DNA of 63,908 nt, counting the filler, from Reclinomonas americana ATCC 50394 (Eukaryota), in assembly GCA_048213135.1 (NCBI GenBank). It is 8 parts of 4 records of this genome, joined end to end, with 100 filler letters (N's around TTAATTAATTAA, not from the genome) between each part and the next. Parts side by side here need not be neighbours in the genome. Positions count along the whole stretch, not along the records: positions 40,331 to 49,025 come from PS015250.1; positions 49,126 to 55,075 come from PS015250.1; positions 55,176 to 57,618 come from PS015251.1; 5 more parts are not named here. The stretch is one strand, 5' to 3'. Positions 43,728 to 55,848 of the stretch are shown here, piece by piece. Numbering within the stretch: the first letter of the stretch is position 1; every line of letters begins with the position of its first letter. The translations under genes and the position numbers were made by a program. The notes under the pieces are model-generated. The model searched no databases and had not been told where the DNA came from. It saw only the letters and a program-made list of their open reading frames with translations.

Positions 43728-46700
43728 TCACGGTGGTGCCGCCGCCGTTGCTGGCGTTGCCGCTGCATGCGGGGGCGGCACTCGTGGTGGCGCGGCTGCA
43801 TGCCGTATCTTCACGAGTTCGAAAACCAAATCAGTCGAGGAAAGTCGCTTCGCCATCGACTGCAACCCAAACTCATTAGCAATTCACACCCAGAGCCGTT
43901 GTCAACAAGAAGCTCTCCACCACGCAACTTTCCAGCACATCTTGATCACTTCACGATGCATGCTAAATGCGTACAACGATGTGTCATCCAACGTTCCCGG
44001 CATTCTGCCGCGACTCACTGCGTCCAACAGATGTGTCGCTCCCACACCATCGTATGGCTTGGTCCGAGTGATGCAGTACCACAGAATGGTGCCGAACGAG
44101 AACACATCGGCGCGCTCGTCGTACTGCACGCATACACGGCGAAGGGGTATGAGTGCATGGGAGGCAGACACTCGCGCCCGCTAGTGCTGCAGCGTGCGCG
44201 CTCTCACCTGCTCGTCCTTGAGCACTTCGGGTGCTGCAAACGCCGGCGTACCCACTTTGCTTCGCATGCGGCCCAGCGTGCACCACTCCCTGGCCTCGCC
44301 AAAGTCACAAATTTTTAGAGTGCGGCAATCGCCACTCACGAGAATGTCTGCCACACATGCGGGATGAGTCTTGGAGCTCATAATCACCGAGTAACGGAGC
44401 TGGGACGCAACTCTCGGGTTTCAAATCGCGATGCACGACTCGTCGAATGTGCATGTGTTCAAGCGCCTCAGCGACTTGCAGGAGCAGATCGATCAAGTCC
44501 TCCGTGGGGAAAGTGCGATCGTCGATCAGCGATTGCAATGTTAGTGGCGCTCCGCCAACCTCGCCAACATACTCCAGTACCAGAGCGGGACCTCCAGGCA
44601 TCCCGTCACACACTGCATGCAACTTGACGATATTCGGATGACTGTACGCTCAGAGAAAGTCAGCAAAGCGAGCGACGCATCGGAGAAGCAACTAGAGACT
44701 AGACAGGGACGAAACTCGAGCTTCATCAGCTGGTGCTCCTCGTTCTGCAGCGACTCCAATGCTTCATCACTTTCGGATACGTATTGCTTGTACACCACGT
44801 CCATCTGCTGGCCATCGATCATGCATGTGGCTCGGCATACCAGCCACTGACCTGTTGTGCGACACAATGAGGAACGCTGAAGTTGACGACGACGTGAGCA
44901 AAAGCTTGGAGGACAACTGACCGATTGCAAGTGGGATTCTGTCAATAATGGCGTCTGGCTGCACACGTGGCGCACGAAGCACAAGTCGTTTGACAGCCTC
45001 ATTGTATTCCTCGTCCGTAACACGCATCCGACGAATATCTGTGATGTACGCACACAACGCAACGGTGGACAGTGTGAAGACTGAACAAGGCATCGCTTCG
45101 TGACCATACGATAGTTGACACAACTGTCGTATGAGATGAAAAACTCATTGATGCACTCGTGTCCGCCTGGGAACAGCTGGTGCAAAATGTCGTGAATTGC
45201 GCGCATCCAGTACAAGTACCTGCTGTCGGAGAGGGCCGCCGAAGCCACCAAGTGCGAAACCTCGTTGCGGCATTTCTTCAACTCATTCACCATACGAATC
45301 TGCTCAGGTTGCACCTTGAGGGATGGACGGAGTAATATGCACTCTGCATAGACACGGCACGCAACAATGGCCGCGTCTGTCCTCTTATGCAACAGTCGCA
45401 CAGCCTTCTGATCCTGCCCGGGACCACTGCCGACTCGGACGGCATAATCGCTAATGCTCCCATCGTCACAGGCTACAATCGGCACGTACGAGATCTCCAG
45501 CAACAGCGTGGCAAGCAGAGTCACATCCATTTTCGCGGTTGAATCCGACCTCGAGCTATTGAAGAGAAGTCTGAATTCTCGCACTGCGTTGTGTTTGTCG
45601 TCGAAAACTTTTGCCGCACGCCGCTCCTCGTTCCCGTCCTTGTCCACAGAAAACCAGGCGTAACTGTGAATACAACAGCGACACAGTGAGCGAGACACCA
45701 AGTGGAGAGACATTGAAAACGACCTCTCTCTCTCTCTCATCTTATCTCATGCTCACCGAGCAGGAATTTCCGTCAATGGCTGGCAAAGTTGCTCAATATC
45801 ATATTCAGGGAACAGCCTCATGAAGCTCGACATACGGTCCACAAAGAGTGCACCAAGAGCCTTGGGGACAGCGTTACGCATCATTTCGTCAAGCATCATG
45901 ACTTGCCGACGGTCGCTGCGTGTCGCCAGGGATGTGATGAGAGAGCAACCAGTGTTGGAGAACAACATCGAACTCCAGCGCACCGGAGAAACGCGGACTG
46001 CGTGGTAGTGATGGAAGCGCGCAACGAATGTCTGTCAGCTTCCGATTCTGCAAGCGACCGCCGTGCATCGTCCAGCCGTTGCTGCAAGTCGGAAACTTCA
46101 TGCGCCAGTTCGTCTCTGGCTCTGAGAAGCTCCATCTCACGTTCCCGCTGTCCAGCGACAACAGATACCAGCTCTTCCAGTCGTCGGCGAAGTTCCTCTA
46201 CTTCGGAGTGCTCTTCATGCTGCGAGCTGCCGGGAGGAGGCTATTGAAATACGAATGTGTAAGTGCGATGCTCGAGAGCAACTGCACACAACGATTGGAG
46301 GAGTGACAAACCTGACTGCTTGATGGGCCGACTGCGCAGTGGACGCACGCACACACACAGCGAGCAAGACGTATACAGCAAGAGAGGAGAAATACGATTG
46401 CCAAACAGGGTTAGAAAAAAACAGACCCCCGTTAACAATGCACCAACGCACCTCCTGCAGATCTGGTGGGCGACTGCTGTCGGAGGCGTGCATTGGTGCC
46501 CTTCCCCTCCAACTTCCGAGCAAGGTCCTCGTGCTTATTCCTCCGTGCGACTTCCGCAGCAGTACAACCGTCGCCATCAAGTCTGTTGATGAGGTCTGGA
46601 TACCTGTCGGCGAGTTGGATGGCGACTCGGGTGTGGCCCCTAGTGGCTGCGCAGTGCAGCGCGGTCGAGCGAGGAGCAATATCCAGCATGCGATCGGAGG

Positions 46701-47264
46701 TGACGGCAACAGCAACTTCGCGGGGGCATCGCTGGGTGTCTGCCAACAACCAGTCGACCACAGGTTGCACACCGTACGTAGCGGCGATCATGAGCGGCGT
46801 CCAGTTCCCGTCGGCCACCGTCACTGCAAGCCGTGGCCCGATCCCGGTGTCACGCCAGAGGTAATTTAGCAGTTCGATGTGACTGCGACGAGCGGCAATG
46901 TGGAAGCAAGTCCAGCGATTCTCGTCCTTTTCCGACTCCGCAAGTAGAATTGCTTCTCCCTGTTGATCAACCAATGCACGCAGCTTACCCAAAGCGCCTC
47001 GATTCGCCAGTTGCCATGCTGTTGCATGATCTTCGTGTGTGTGGGGTGTCGGAATGAGAGAAGAGCGTGGAGGAGAGCAAGTGATCTGAATAAAACCATA
47101 CCTCCGACACCAGCCGGGGGACTGCTGACGCCTGCACTGCCACTGCTGTCAGTGGATGCAGTCCATGCTACTGACGACGCGGTGGCGGCAGCAGCTGAAT
47201 GATCGGGGCCCGGGGTGAGCTCGTCGGCAACCACGTCGTCGTCACTGTCGTCGTGCGTCGCAGA
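43728..47264 (-). CDS. Ankyrin repeats - coiled coil - DZIP3-like HEPN domain - Ser/Thr (TKL-like) protein kinase; possible 5' exons extend to the ATG at 48441
   Basis: In-frame GT-AG path with no N gaps. Ankyrin exon 46452-47030; coiled coil EVEELRRRLEEL..LQQRLDDARRSL; HEPN-like MMRNAVPKALGALF..MDVTLLATLLL..ELKKCRNEVSH..LSDSRYLYWMRAIHDIL; kinase VVYK, LQNE, HPNIVKL, HRDLKPEN, ICDFG, GTPAFAAPE, DVFSFG, MCW; TGA at 43728-43730. Confidence 0.82.
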
Positions 47265-47359
47265 GAGCGGAGTACTGCGCGGACAGAGGGGGAGGGAGGG
47301 AGGGAGGGAGGGAGGGAGGGAGGGAGAGAAAGAGAGAGGTGAGAAACAGAGGGAAAGAG

Positions 47360-47760
47360 TGGGTGAGCGACGACAAAGTGGAACAAGAGTCAACAAGGGA
47401 GCGACGAAGGAGCGACTCATACAGGAGATGCAGACCACAAGAAAGGGACGAAGGTGCGACTCACACAGGAGACGACAAACAAGAGTCGCAAGAGAGCGGC
47501 GAAGGAGCGACTCACACAGGAGAGGGCAGACGCGACAAACAGGAGTCAAAAGGGGAGCGACGAAGGAGCGACTCACACAGGAGACGACAAACAAGAGTCA
47601 CATGGGAGCGGCGAAAGAGCGACATACACAGGAGACGGCAGACACGACAAACAAGACAGAGGCGAGCGACAGAAGACTGCGATGCACACAGGAGACGACA
47701 AACAAGAGTCACATGACTCACACGAGAGATGGCAGACGCGATAACAAGAGTCAGACATGT
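47360..47760. repeat. Intronic minisatellite with ~45-60 bp degenerate units
   Basis: gcgacgaaggagcgactcacacaggagacgacaaacaagagtc motifs repeat several times. Confidence 0.8.
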
Positions 47761-48809
47761 ACATTATCGAAACAATGAGTGGGTGACAGAGGAGCAACAC
47801 ACGACATAATCCCGGTCATCGCACCACCATGACGCCAGACAAAAGAGACAAAAACACCAAACACCGGCGCCGGTGAGACCAACAAAAAACACGACAAAAT
47901 CATCTGCACTCTTTCCACATTACTCATCACACACATACTCTCCCGCATAGATGCACACTCTCTGACACACACACACGCACACATGGGCAAGTTGCAAAGA
48001 GAATTCAACTCGACAGAAAATTGAAAAAAAGGGCACAATAAGCCACATTACGCAACTTTTGCGAAGGTGGAGGTGTCGCCATTGTCGATTACGTATCTCA
48101 CTCTCGTTTTTGATGTCGGGCGAGTGAGTGAATGAGCGCGCCGGGTCTTGCCGGGAACCGAACCCAAAAAGAAGACAAACAAAAAAGAAGTCGAAAAGAG
48201 AGCGCGCGCACAGGCGAGATAGAGAGAAACAAGAGAAAGACAAGACGAAGAGAGGTTCGCGCACACACGACGAGCGAGACGCGCACACACGGCACAGCGA
48301 GCACATTGTCTTGCCGCGCAAATGCGCGTACAGTGGCTCGAAGCGCTGCCAACACGCTGCGTCGTGCTCGCCAGTGCAGCGCTCATCACGCAGCTGCACA
48401 TTGTCGCTGCGCAAGTCGCTGTTGGAGAGAAACGCACTCATGTTTTGTAGACGCAGCGCGACCAATGAACCAGACTGTGAAAACCAACCACGTTTTTTCT
48501 GTGTGGCGCGTGAGGTGAGGTTGCTCTCTCTGTATGGCCTCACTCTTTCTCTGTTTCATTGCCGCACGCGCACACGTGCATTCTGTCACACATTTTGGTT
48601 TGTGTGTTTGTGCATGCGTGAGTCACCGCCAATGCGCGCGCTGACGTCAAAGCGCTCACGTCACCACGCACATGGACAAACTCAATTCACACTCTGCACA
48701 CGCAAACATGCACATTGCCTGACACACACACACGCATCTCTCGCTCTTGTGCACGTGCACTCACGTGTGTGTTTGCGCGCGCGCGTCATCTCTCACACAG
48801 GCAAACAAC

Positions 48810-49025
48810 ATGGCCGAGAAACGAGCTCACTCTGCGGTGAGTGCGAGGGAGGAGAGAGAAGAGAGAGAAGAGAGAGAGAAGAGAGTGTGTGAGAGAGTGA
48901 GAGAGTGAGAGGAGAGTGGAAGAGAGAGTGTTGTCACACACACATTCTCACTCTCTTTCCCTCCCTCTCTCCCTCTCTCTCTCTCTTCTTTTCAGCTCTC
49001 TGACGGCGACGATGTCGACGCGGGA
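48810..49025 (+). CDS. 5' exons of a gene (possibly the bZIP gene), cut by a linker
   Basis: ATG..MAEKRAHSA|GTGAGT..TTTCAG|LSDGDDVDAG. Confidence 0.45.
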
Positions 49026-49189
49026 NNNNNNNNNNNNNNNNNNNNNNNNNNNNNNNNNNNNNNNNNNNNTTAATTAATTAANNNNNNNNNNNNNNNNNNN
49101 NNNNNNNNNNNNNNNNNNNNNNNNNGGGGGGGTGGGGAGAGAGAGAGAGAGAGAGACTGTCCTTGCACCCCTCACCCCACTTGTCAGTA

Positions 49190-50190
49190 TCTGCTGTTTT
49201 CCATGAGTTGCACTACGAGTGATCCTCTCATCAGTTTCTGCCATCTCTGCTTGAGCGTTCCTTGCCCTTCACTTGTCAGTTTCACTCTCTTTTGCTTGCA
49301 CTGCAAGTGATACTCTTCGTCAGTTGCTGCTTTTTCTGCTTTGAGCATTCCTCGCCTCTCGCTTGTCAGTTTCTGCTGTCTTCCATGAGATAATTGCACT
49401 ACGAGTGTTTCTCGTTTCAGTTTCTGCTGTCTCTGCTTTGAGCGCTCCTCACCCTCTCGCTTGTCAGTTTCACTCGCCTCCTTGCTGCTTGCACTACGAG
49501 TGGTTCTCTCCATGAGTGGATCGCTTGTTAACTTGCATCCAGTGGGCGTTCGTTATCTCGCAGTTGCAGCGTTTTCACTGCCTTCTTGCGCTCTGCCTCT
49601 ACCTGCTTTCACACGCTCGCTGTCGGCTTGCATTCTCCTGTCAGCTTCCACTGCTCTCGTGCTGTTTGCACTCTGTGATTGGTTCTCTCATCAGTTGTCA
49701 AACTTGCATCCATGGGCTTCGCTCACCTCTCGCTTTTCAGTTTCACTGTCTTCCATGCTACTTGCACTACGAGTGGTTCTTGATTCAGTTGCTGCTGTTT
49801 CTGCGTTGAGCGTTCCTCACCTCTCGCTTGTCAGTTTCTGCTGTCTTTCATGCACTTATTGCACTCTGTGGCGGTCTCTCATCAGTTTCCATGCACAACT
49901 TGACGATCTTGCATCCTACGGACGTCTCTTCCTCTCACCTGTCAGTTCCGCTGTGTCAAGCTTCAACAGTTTGATGAGTGGTTCTGTCATCAGATTCTGC
50001 TGCCCTCCATGCACTCCTCTTCAAACTTGCATCCTGTGTGTGTTCTTCTTTTCTCTCTTGTCAGTTCTCTCTGTCTTCCATGCGCTACTCTTCAAACTTG
50101 CATCCTGTGGGTGTTCCTCACCTCTCGCTTGTCAGTTCCACTGTCTTTCACGTGCTTTTGCTTCTTGCAGCCCATCCGCTCCCTTGCCTC
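49190..50190. repeat. Degenerate tandem repeat, probably intronic
   Basis: ctctcgcttgtcagtttc, gcactacgagtg and aacttgcatcc recur many times. Confidence 0.75.
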
Positions 50191-50881
50191 TCTCTCTCTC
50201 TCTCTCTNNNNNNNNNNNNNNNNNNNNNNNNNNNNNNNNNNNNNNNNNNNNNNNNNNNNNNNNNNNNNNNNNNNNNNNNNNNNNNNNNNNNNNNNNNNNN
50301 NNNNNNNNNNNNNNNNNNNNNNNNNNNNNNNNNNNNNNNNNNNNNNNNNNNNNNNNNNNNNNNNNNNNNNNNNNNNNNNNNNNNNNNNNNNNNNNNNNNN
50401 NNNNNNNNNNNNNNNNNNNNNNNNNNNNNNNNNNNNNNNNNNNNNNNNNNNNNNNNNNNNNNNNNNNNNNNNNNNNNNNNNNNNNNNNNNNNNNNNNNNN
50501 NNNNNNNNNNNNNNNNNNNNNNNNNNNNNNNNNNNNNNNNNNNNNNNNNNNNNNNNNNNNNNNNNNNNNNNNNNNNNNNNNNNNNNNNNNNNNNNNNNNN
50601 NNNNNNNNNNNNNNNNNNNNNNNNNNNNNNNNNNNNNNNNNNNNNNNNNNNNNNNNNNNNNNNNNNNNNNNNNNNNNNNNNNNNNNNNNNNNNNNNNNNN
50701 NNNNNNNNNNNNNNNNNNNNNNNNNNNNNNNNNNNNNNNNNNNNNNNNNNNNNNNNNNNNNNNNNNNNNNNNNNNNNNNNNNNNNNNNNNNNNNNNNNNN
50801 NNNNNNNNNNNNNNNNNNNNNNNNNNNNNNNNNNNNNNNNNNNNNNNNNNNNNNNNNNNNNNNNNNNNNNNNNNNNNNNNN

Positions 50882-52698
50882 GCCGCCGGCGCCATGGCTG
50901 GCGCGGGCGGCGCGTCCGTAGGCTCGGGCAGTGGCGCCGACAGCGACGACGATTCAGGCAAGGGCGGTGGCGGCAGGCGACGAGGATCGACCGGCAGCCG
51001 TCGGGAGAGCGGTGGTGGAGATGTTGTGTTTGTGCGTGTGTGCATCTCTTAAGGTTGGTCGACAGCGGCTCAACGCGCGGTACGCACAGGTCGGTCAGCG
51101 ACGAGAGAAGAATCGCCTCGCCGCGCAACGCAGTCGCGAGAAGAAGAAAATGTGGGTGACGGAGTTGAATGGGCGCATTCAGGAGCTGGAGGAGGAGAAT
51201 CGCGGGTTGCAGGAGCGCATTCATCAGTTGGAGGTGCTTTGCAGGGAAAGGGGATAGAAAGGAGAGGGAGGGGTGGGATTGGAAGGGAGGGATAGGGAAG
51301 GAAGGGAGGGATGGAGAGGATAGTTCTTGACTTATGTGCTTCCGATGTGAGGGAGAAATGAGGCGCCTCATTCTTGTGGGCGTGATCATGACTCGAACAG
51401 ATACAACGATGTGAAGATAGAGAATTATTGTTCTCATGATGTGCTGTCTTGTCTACCTCTCTTTCTCTCCATGCATGCATGTGATTCCCTTTGCTTACCC
51501 TTCTCTTTCCCGTCGCTTTGCCCTGTGCCTCCCTCACAACTCGAACAGATGCAACTTAGTAGTGAGAAGAGGGGAGCGAGAGAGTGAGGGACAGAAGTAG
51601 AGAATTCATGTTCGCAAGATGTCATCTATTTCTCTTGTGAGCGCGACATCACGTCTTTCTCTTTCTCTCTCTTTCTCTCACTCTCTCCATGAATATACTC
51701 CCTCTCCGCTTTCTTTTGGCTTCCCCATTTCTTCCTTTTTCCTTCCCCGTCGCTTCGCGCTGTGCCTCCCTCGCGTCTCGAACAGATGCAACTATGTGCA
51801 GAGAGAGAGAGAGAGTTCGAGGGACAACACGAGAAATTTGTTTTGCAAGATGTCTTCTATGTCTCCTGTGAGCGTGATGAATTTCTTTCTCTTTCGATGT
51901 TTGTGTCAGTAGTCAGTCGATTTCTCGCTTTCTCTCTCTCTCTCTCTTCATGAATGTACACCCTCTTCGCTTTCTTTTGGCTTCCCCTTGTATTCCCTTT
52001 TTCTTTCGCGTCGCTTCGCCCTGTTCCTCGCTGGCGACTCAAACCGATGCACCATTGTGGAGAGAGTACGAGAGAGTGCGAGGACAGAACGAGAGAACGC
52101 GTGACGTCTTCCTACTCTCTCGCTCCCTGTCTGGGTGCCTCTCTGTCTTTCTCTCTGTCTTTCTCTCTCTCTCACACATAAACACACACAGACTATCTTT
52201 GTCTCTCTCTACGTGCTTGTGCTTCCCTTTGCTCCCCCCTTTGCTCCCCCCTTCTCTTCCCCTTCTCTTCCCCCTTCTCTTCCACCCTTCTCCTTCCCCC
52301 TTCTCTTCCCCCTTCGCTCTTCCCCCTTCGCTCTTCCCCCTTCTCTTCCCCCTTCTCTCCCCCCTTGCTCTTCCCTTCCCCTTCTCACTGCCCTTCCCCT
52401 CCTACCCTTCTCTCCCCCTTCTCTCCCCCTTCCCCTCTCACACCCTTCCCCCTTCCGCAGACCCTCGACTACGTCCGCGAAACGGAGCACCTTCGCGCCC
52501 AAATCAGTGAACTGCACATGGCCAACCAGATGCTCATGTTCCGTCTCGCCGAGGCCGGCGTGCCAATTGCACAACCGGCCATGCCCGACGCGGCAGGACA
52601 GGCACCACCGCCTCCTCCTCCGCCACCACCACCACCACCACCACCGCCACTGCCGCCGGCAGTCATGGATATTGAGGGTGTGGACCCAGCGCCGGAAG
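50882..52698 (+). CDS. bZIP transcription factor (partial) with proline-rich C-terminus
   Basis: RREKNRLAAQRSREKKK basic region, leucine heptads LNGRIQELEEENRGLQERIHQLE, and a downstream exon with poly-Pro. Confidence 0.88.
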
Positions 52699-52917
52699 GT
52701 GTGTGTGTGACGTTGTCGTGCTTGCTTTCGCACGTCAGATATTCATCCCCTCTGCTGTTGCTCAGTGCCTGCACCAAGTGCATGATCGGTCGGTCGGACT
52801 CTTCTTGTTTCATGACTGCCGCTTCCCCCCAATGTACACCGTCAAGTCATTAATATCCTGTCTCTCCAGAGCCCCCCTTCCCACCCTTCACCAACAAGCA
52901 TTGATTAATTCTACTAT

Positions 52918-53592
52918 TTAATTCTGCACCCGCTCCTCACCCTCCTTTCTCCCTTCCCCCTCTACTCCCTGTCCCCCTTCTCCACCCTCATCCTCTTCAT
53001 CATCGTTGAGTCCACTGCGCGCCGCATCCTCCAACAAATCGGCCACCGGCGCGAGCCCGCGCTCCACGCACATATTGTACTTGGCCTCGGCAATCATCTG
53101 CGCAATCTCCTTGCCCGACATGTACATGCCGTCGGCGTCCCACAACAGCGGCTGCTGGTTGTACGAGTCGTCGCGGCGAACGAGCGCATCCAGTCGCACC
53201 CGCTCCATGTTGACCATTTTCGGCGGGTACGAGTTGGCCAGCGACAGGCCGAATGTGGTGTGCGTGAGGCCGACGGTGTTGGCCAGATTCTGAAACGCCA
53301 TGTGGCCGCCCCATACCGCATTCAACGCCGGCATCACTTGCGTCACGTGCGCACCGCGTTGCATGAAAATCAAGTTGGACATGCCGGCGCCGTGTGCGCT
53401 AATCAGCAGGTCGGTGCGCGACAGCAGCTCCACCACGTCGCGCTGCGCGTAGGCGCCGAAATCCACTGCGCGCGCATCGACGCGGAGATCGGGTCGCAGG
53501 TGCTCGGGCATGGCGACTTCGAGTTCGTGCGCCAGGTTCTCGAAGCGGCGCTTGGCGCGTTGCAGAATGGTGACGCGCATGGGTCGTTCGTC
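52918..53592 (-). CDS. Glycosyltransferase family 61, last exon (copy 1)
   Basis: VTILQR..RRFEN; DLLISAHGAGMSNLIFMQRGAHVTQVMP; FQNLANTVGL. Confidence 0.85.
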   Translation of the reverse strand, partial: DERPMRVTILQRAKRRFENLAHELEVAMPEHLRPDLRVDARAVDFGAYAQRDVVELLSRTDLLISAHGAGMSNLIFMQRGAHVTQVMPALNAVWGGHMAFQNLANTVGLTHTTFGLSLANSYPPKMVNMERVRLDALVRRDDSYNQQPLLWDADGMYMSGKEIAQMIAEAKYNMCVERGLAPVADLLEDAARSGLNDDEEDEGGEGGQGVEGEGRKEGEERVQN

Positions 53593-53619
53593 CTGCGAAA
53601 AAGGGAATGGTGTGAGAAA

Positions 53620-54760
53620 GGGTTGAAAATCGACGGCCGCGAAGCGGCTGTCGTGAGCAGAGAGGAGAATGAGTGAGGGTGAAGAAGACAAGGATGGGGG
53701 GTGTAACGATGTGAGATGAAAAGGAATACTGCTGACGGCCGCGAAGCGGCTGTCATGAACGCGGAGAAATGGATGTGACCTTCAAGGATAGAGCAAGAAG
53801 ACGGAAGACGCGAGAAGGCAAGCTGCTTACACACGAGGCGAAAGAAATGCTGACAGCCGCGAAGCGGATGTCATGAACGTATTGAGATAGATGTGACATT
53901 CCGGGATAACGCAGGAGAGAAGGAAGAAGGCAATCACGCACGAGGCGAAAGGAATACTGCTGACGGCCGCGAAGCGGCTGTCATGAACGCAGAGAGATGG
54001 ATGTGCCCTTCAGAGTAAAGCAGGAGAGGAGGAAGACATAATGCGAAGCGGCTGCCATGAGCGCAGAGAGATGGATGTGACCTCCAATGATAGAACACGA
54101 GAAAAGGAAGACTAAACACACTGCGAACGAGAGTGAGAAGGCTATCTGATTACACCCGATGCGAAGAATTCTGTTGACAATTGCGAAGCGGCTGTCATGA
54201 ACGGCAGTATGATGGATGTGACATTCAAGGATGAAGCAAGAGAGACGAAAGACGCGAGAAGGCAAGCACGCACGAGGCGATAGAATGCTGACAGCCGCGA
54301 AGCGGATATCATGAACGTAAAGAGATAGATGTGACATTCCGGGATAACGCAGGAGAGAAGGAAGAAGGCAATCACGCATGATGCAAAAGGAATACTGCTG
54401 ACGGCCGCGAAGCGGCTGTCACGAACGCACAGAGATGGTAGAGACCTTCAAGGATAGAGCAGGAGAGAAGGAAGACTGAACACACTGCTCGAGAAAGCGA
54501 GAAGGCAAATCACGCACGAGGCGACAGGAACTGCTGACGGCCGCGAAGCGGATGTCTTGAACGAAGAGAGATGGATTTGACATTCAAGGATAAAGCAGGA
54601 GAAAAGGAAGACTGAACTCACTGCAAGAAAAGCGACAAGGCAATCACGCATGATGCAGAGGAGTACTGCTGACGGCCGCGAAGCGGCTGTTACGAACACA
54701 GAGAGATGGGTGTGATCTTCAAGGAAAGCAAGATCGACAGCCAACGACGCGTGACTTGCA
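53620..54760. repeat. Intronic minisatellite, ~100-130 bp unit (second version at 56560-57400)
   Basis: Core tgacggccgcgaagcggctgtcatgaacgcagagagatggatgtgac repeats roughly ten times. Confidence 0.88.
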
Positions 54761-55398
54761 GTGATACTGATGACGACCGAGATAAGAAGAAGGCAAGTGA
54801 CAACTGGAAGGAGCCTCTCGCACTCGAGCTAAGGGTGAAAGAAATGTCGGGCATTTGCAAACGGAGACAACAGAGACATGAGCTGAAAACAAAACGCAAA
54901 ATAGCACAGCTGCTACCACGCCGGGCGAGCTGAATTGAACAAAGGAAACACACAGTTCGCAGATGCGAGAGAAAGCACCAACGAGCGAGAGATGCGCATC
55001 AAAGACACACTCACACATTGTACGAGAACTGCATCCTCTCTGAACCCGCACTTCCCCTTCCCCCTCCCCCCTTCTNNNNNNNNNNNNNNNNNNNNNNNNN
55101 NNNNNNNNNNNNNNNNNNNTTAATTAATTAANNNNNNNNNNNNNNNNNNNNNNNNNNNNNNNNNNNNNNNNNNNNCCATCTCTTCCCCCATCTCTTCCCC
55201 CCTCTCTCTCCCCTTCTCTTCCCTTCTCTTCCCTTCTCTTCCCCTTCGCTTCCCTTCGCTTCCCCCTTCTCTTCCCCCTTCTCTCCCCCTTCCCTTCCCT
55301 TCCCTTCCCCTTCTCATTCCCCTTCCCCTTCTCCCTTTCTCCCCCCTTTCTCTTTCCCCTTCTCCCCCTTCCCCTTCTTCCCCTTCCCCCTTCCGCAG

Positions 55399-55650
55399 AC
55401 CCTCGACTACGTCCGCGAAACGGAGCACCTCCGCGCCCAAATCAGTGAACTGCACATGGCCAACCAGATGCTCATGTTCCGTCTCGCCGAGGCCGGCGTG
55501 CCAATTGCACAACCGGCCATGCCCGACGCGGCAGGACAGGCACCACCGCCTCCTCCTCCGCCACCACCACCACCACCACCACCGCCACTGCCACCGGCAG
55601 TCATGGATATTGAGGGTGTGGACCCAGCGCCGGAAGGTGTGTGTGTGTGA
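55399..55650 (+). CDS. bZIP 3' exon, copy 2
   Basis: TLDYVRETEHLRAQISELHMANQMLMFRL..PPPPP, same as 52461 onward. Confidence 0.8.
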   Translation, partial: TLDYVRETEHLRAQISELHMANQMLMFRLAEAGVPIAQPAMPDAAGQAPPPPPPPPPPPPPPPLPPAVMDIEGVDPAPEGVCV

Positions 55651-55848
55651 TGTTGTCGCGCTTACTTTCGCACGTCAGATGTTCATCCCCTCCATGCTGC
55701 TCAGTGCCTGCACCAAGTGCATGATCGGTCGGTCGGACTCTTCTTGTTTCATGACTGCCGCTTCCACCCCAATGTACACCGTCAAGTCATTAATATCCTT
55801 CCCTCCCCCCCCACCCCTTCACCTACAATCATTGATTAATTCTACTCT

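Noticed and set aside
47860-47905. DFVVFFVGLTGAG (minus strand) as the start of a P-loop NTPase upstream of the ankyrin gene
   Set aside because: No in-frame GK(S/T) continuation or other NTPase motifs found; exon status uncertain.
53620-54760. Repeat array as CRISPR
   Set aside because: Eukaryotic intron; units are degenerate along their whole length, with no unique spacers and no cas genes.
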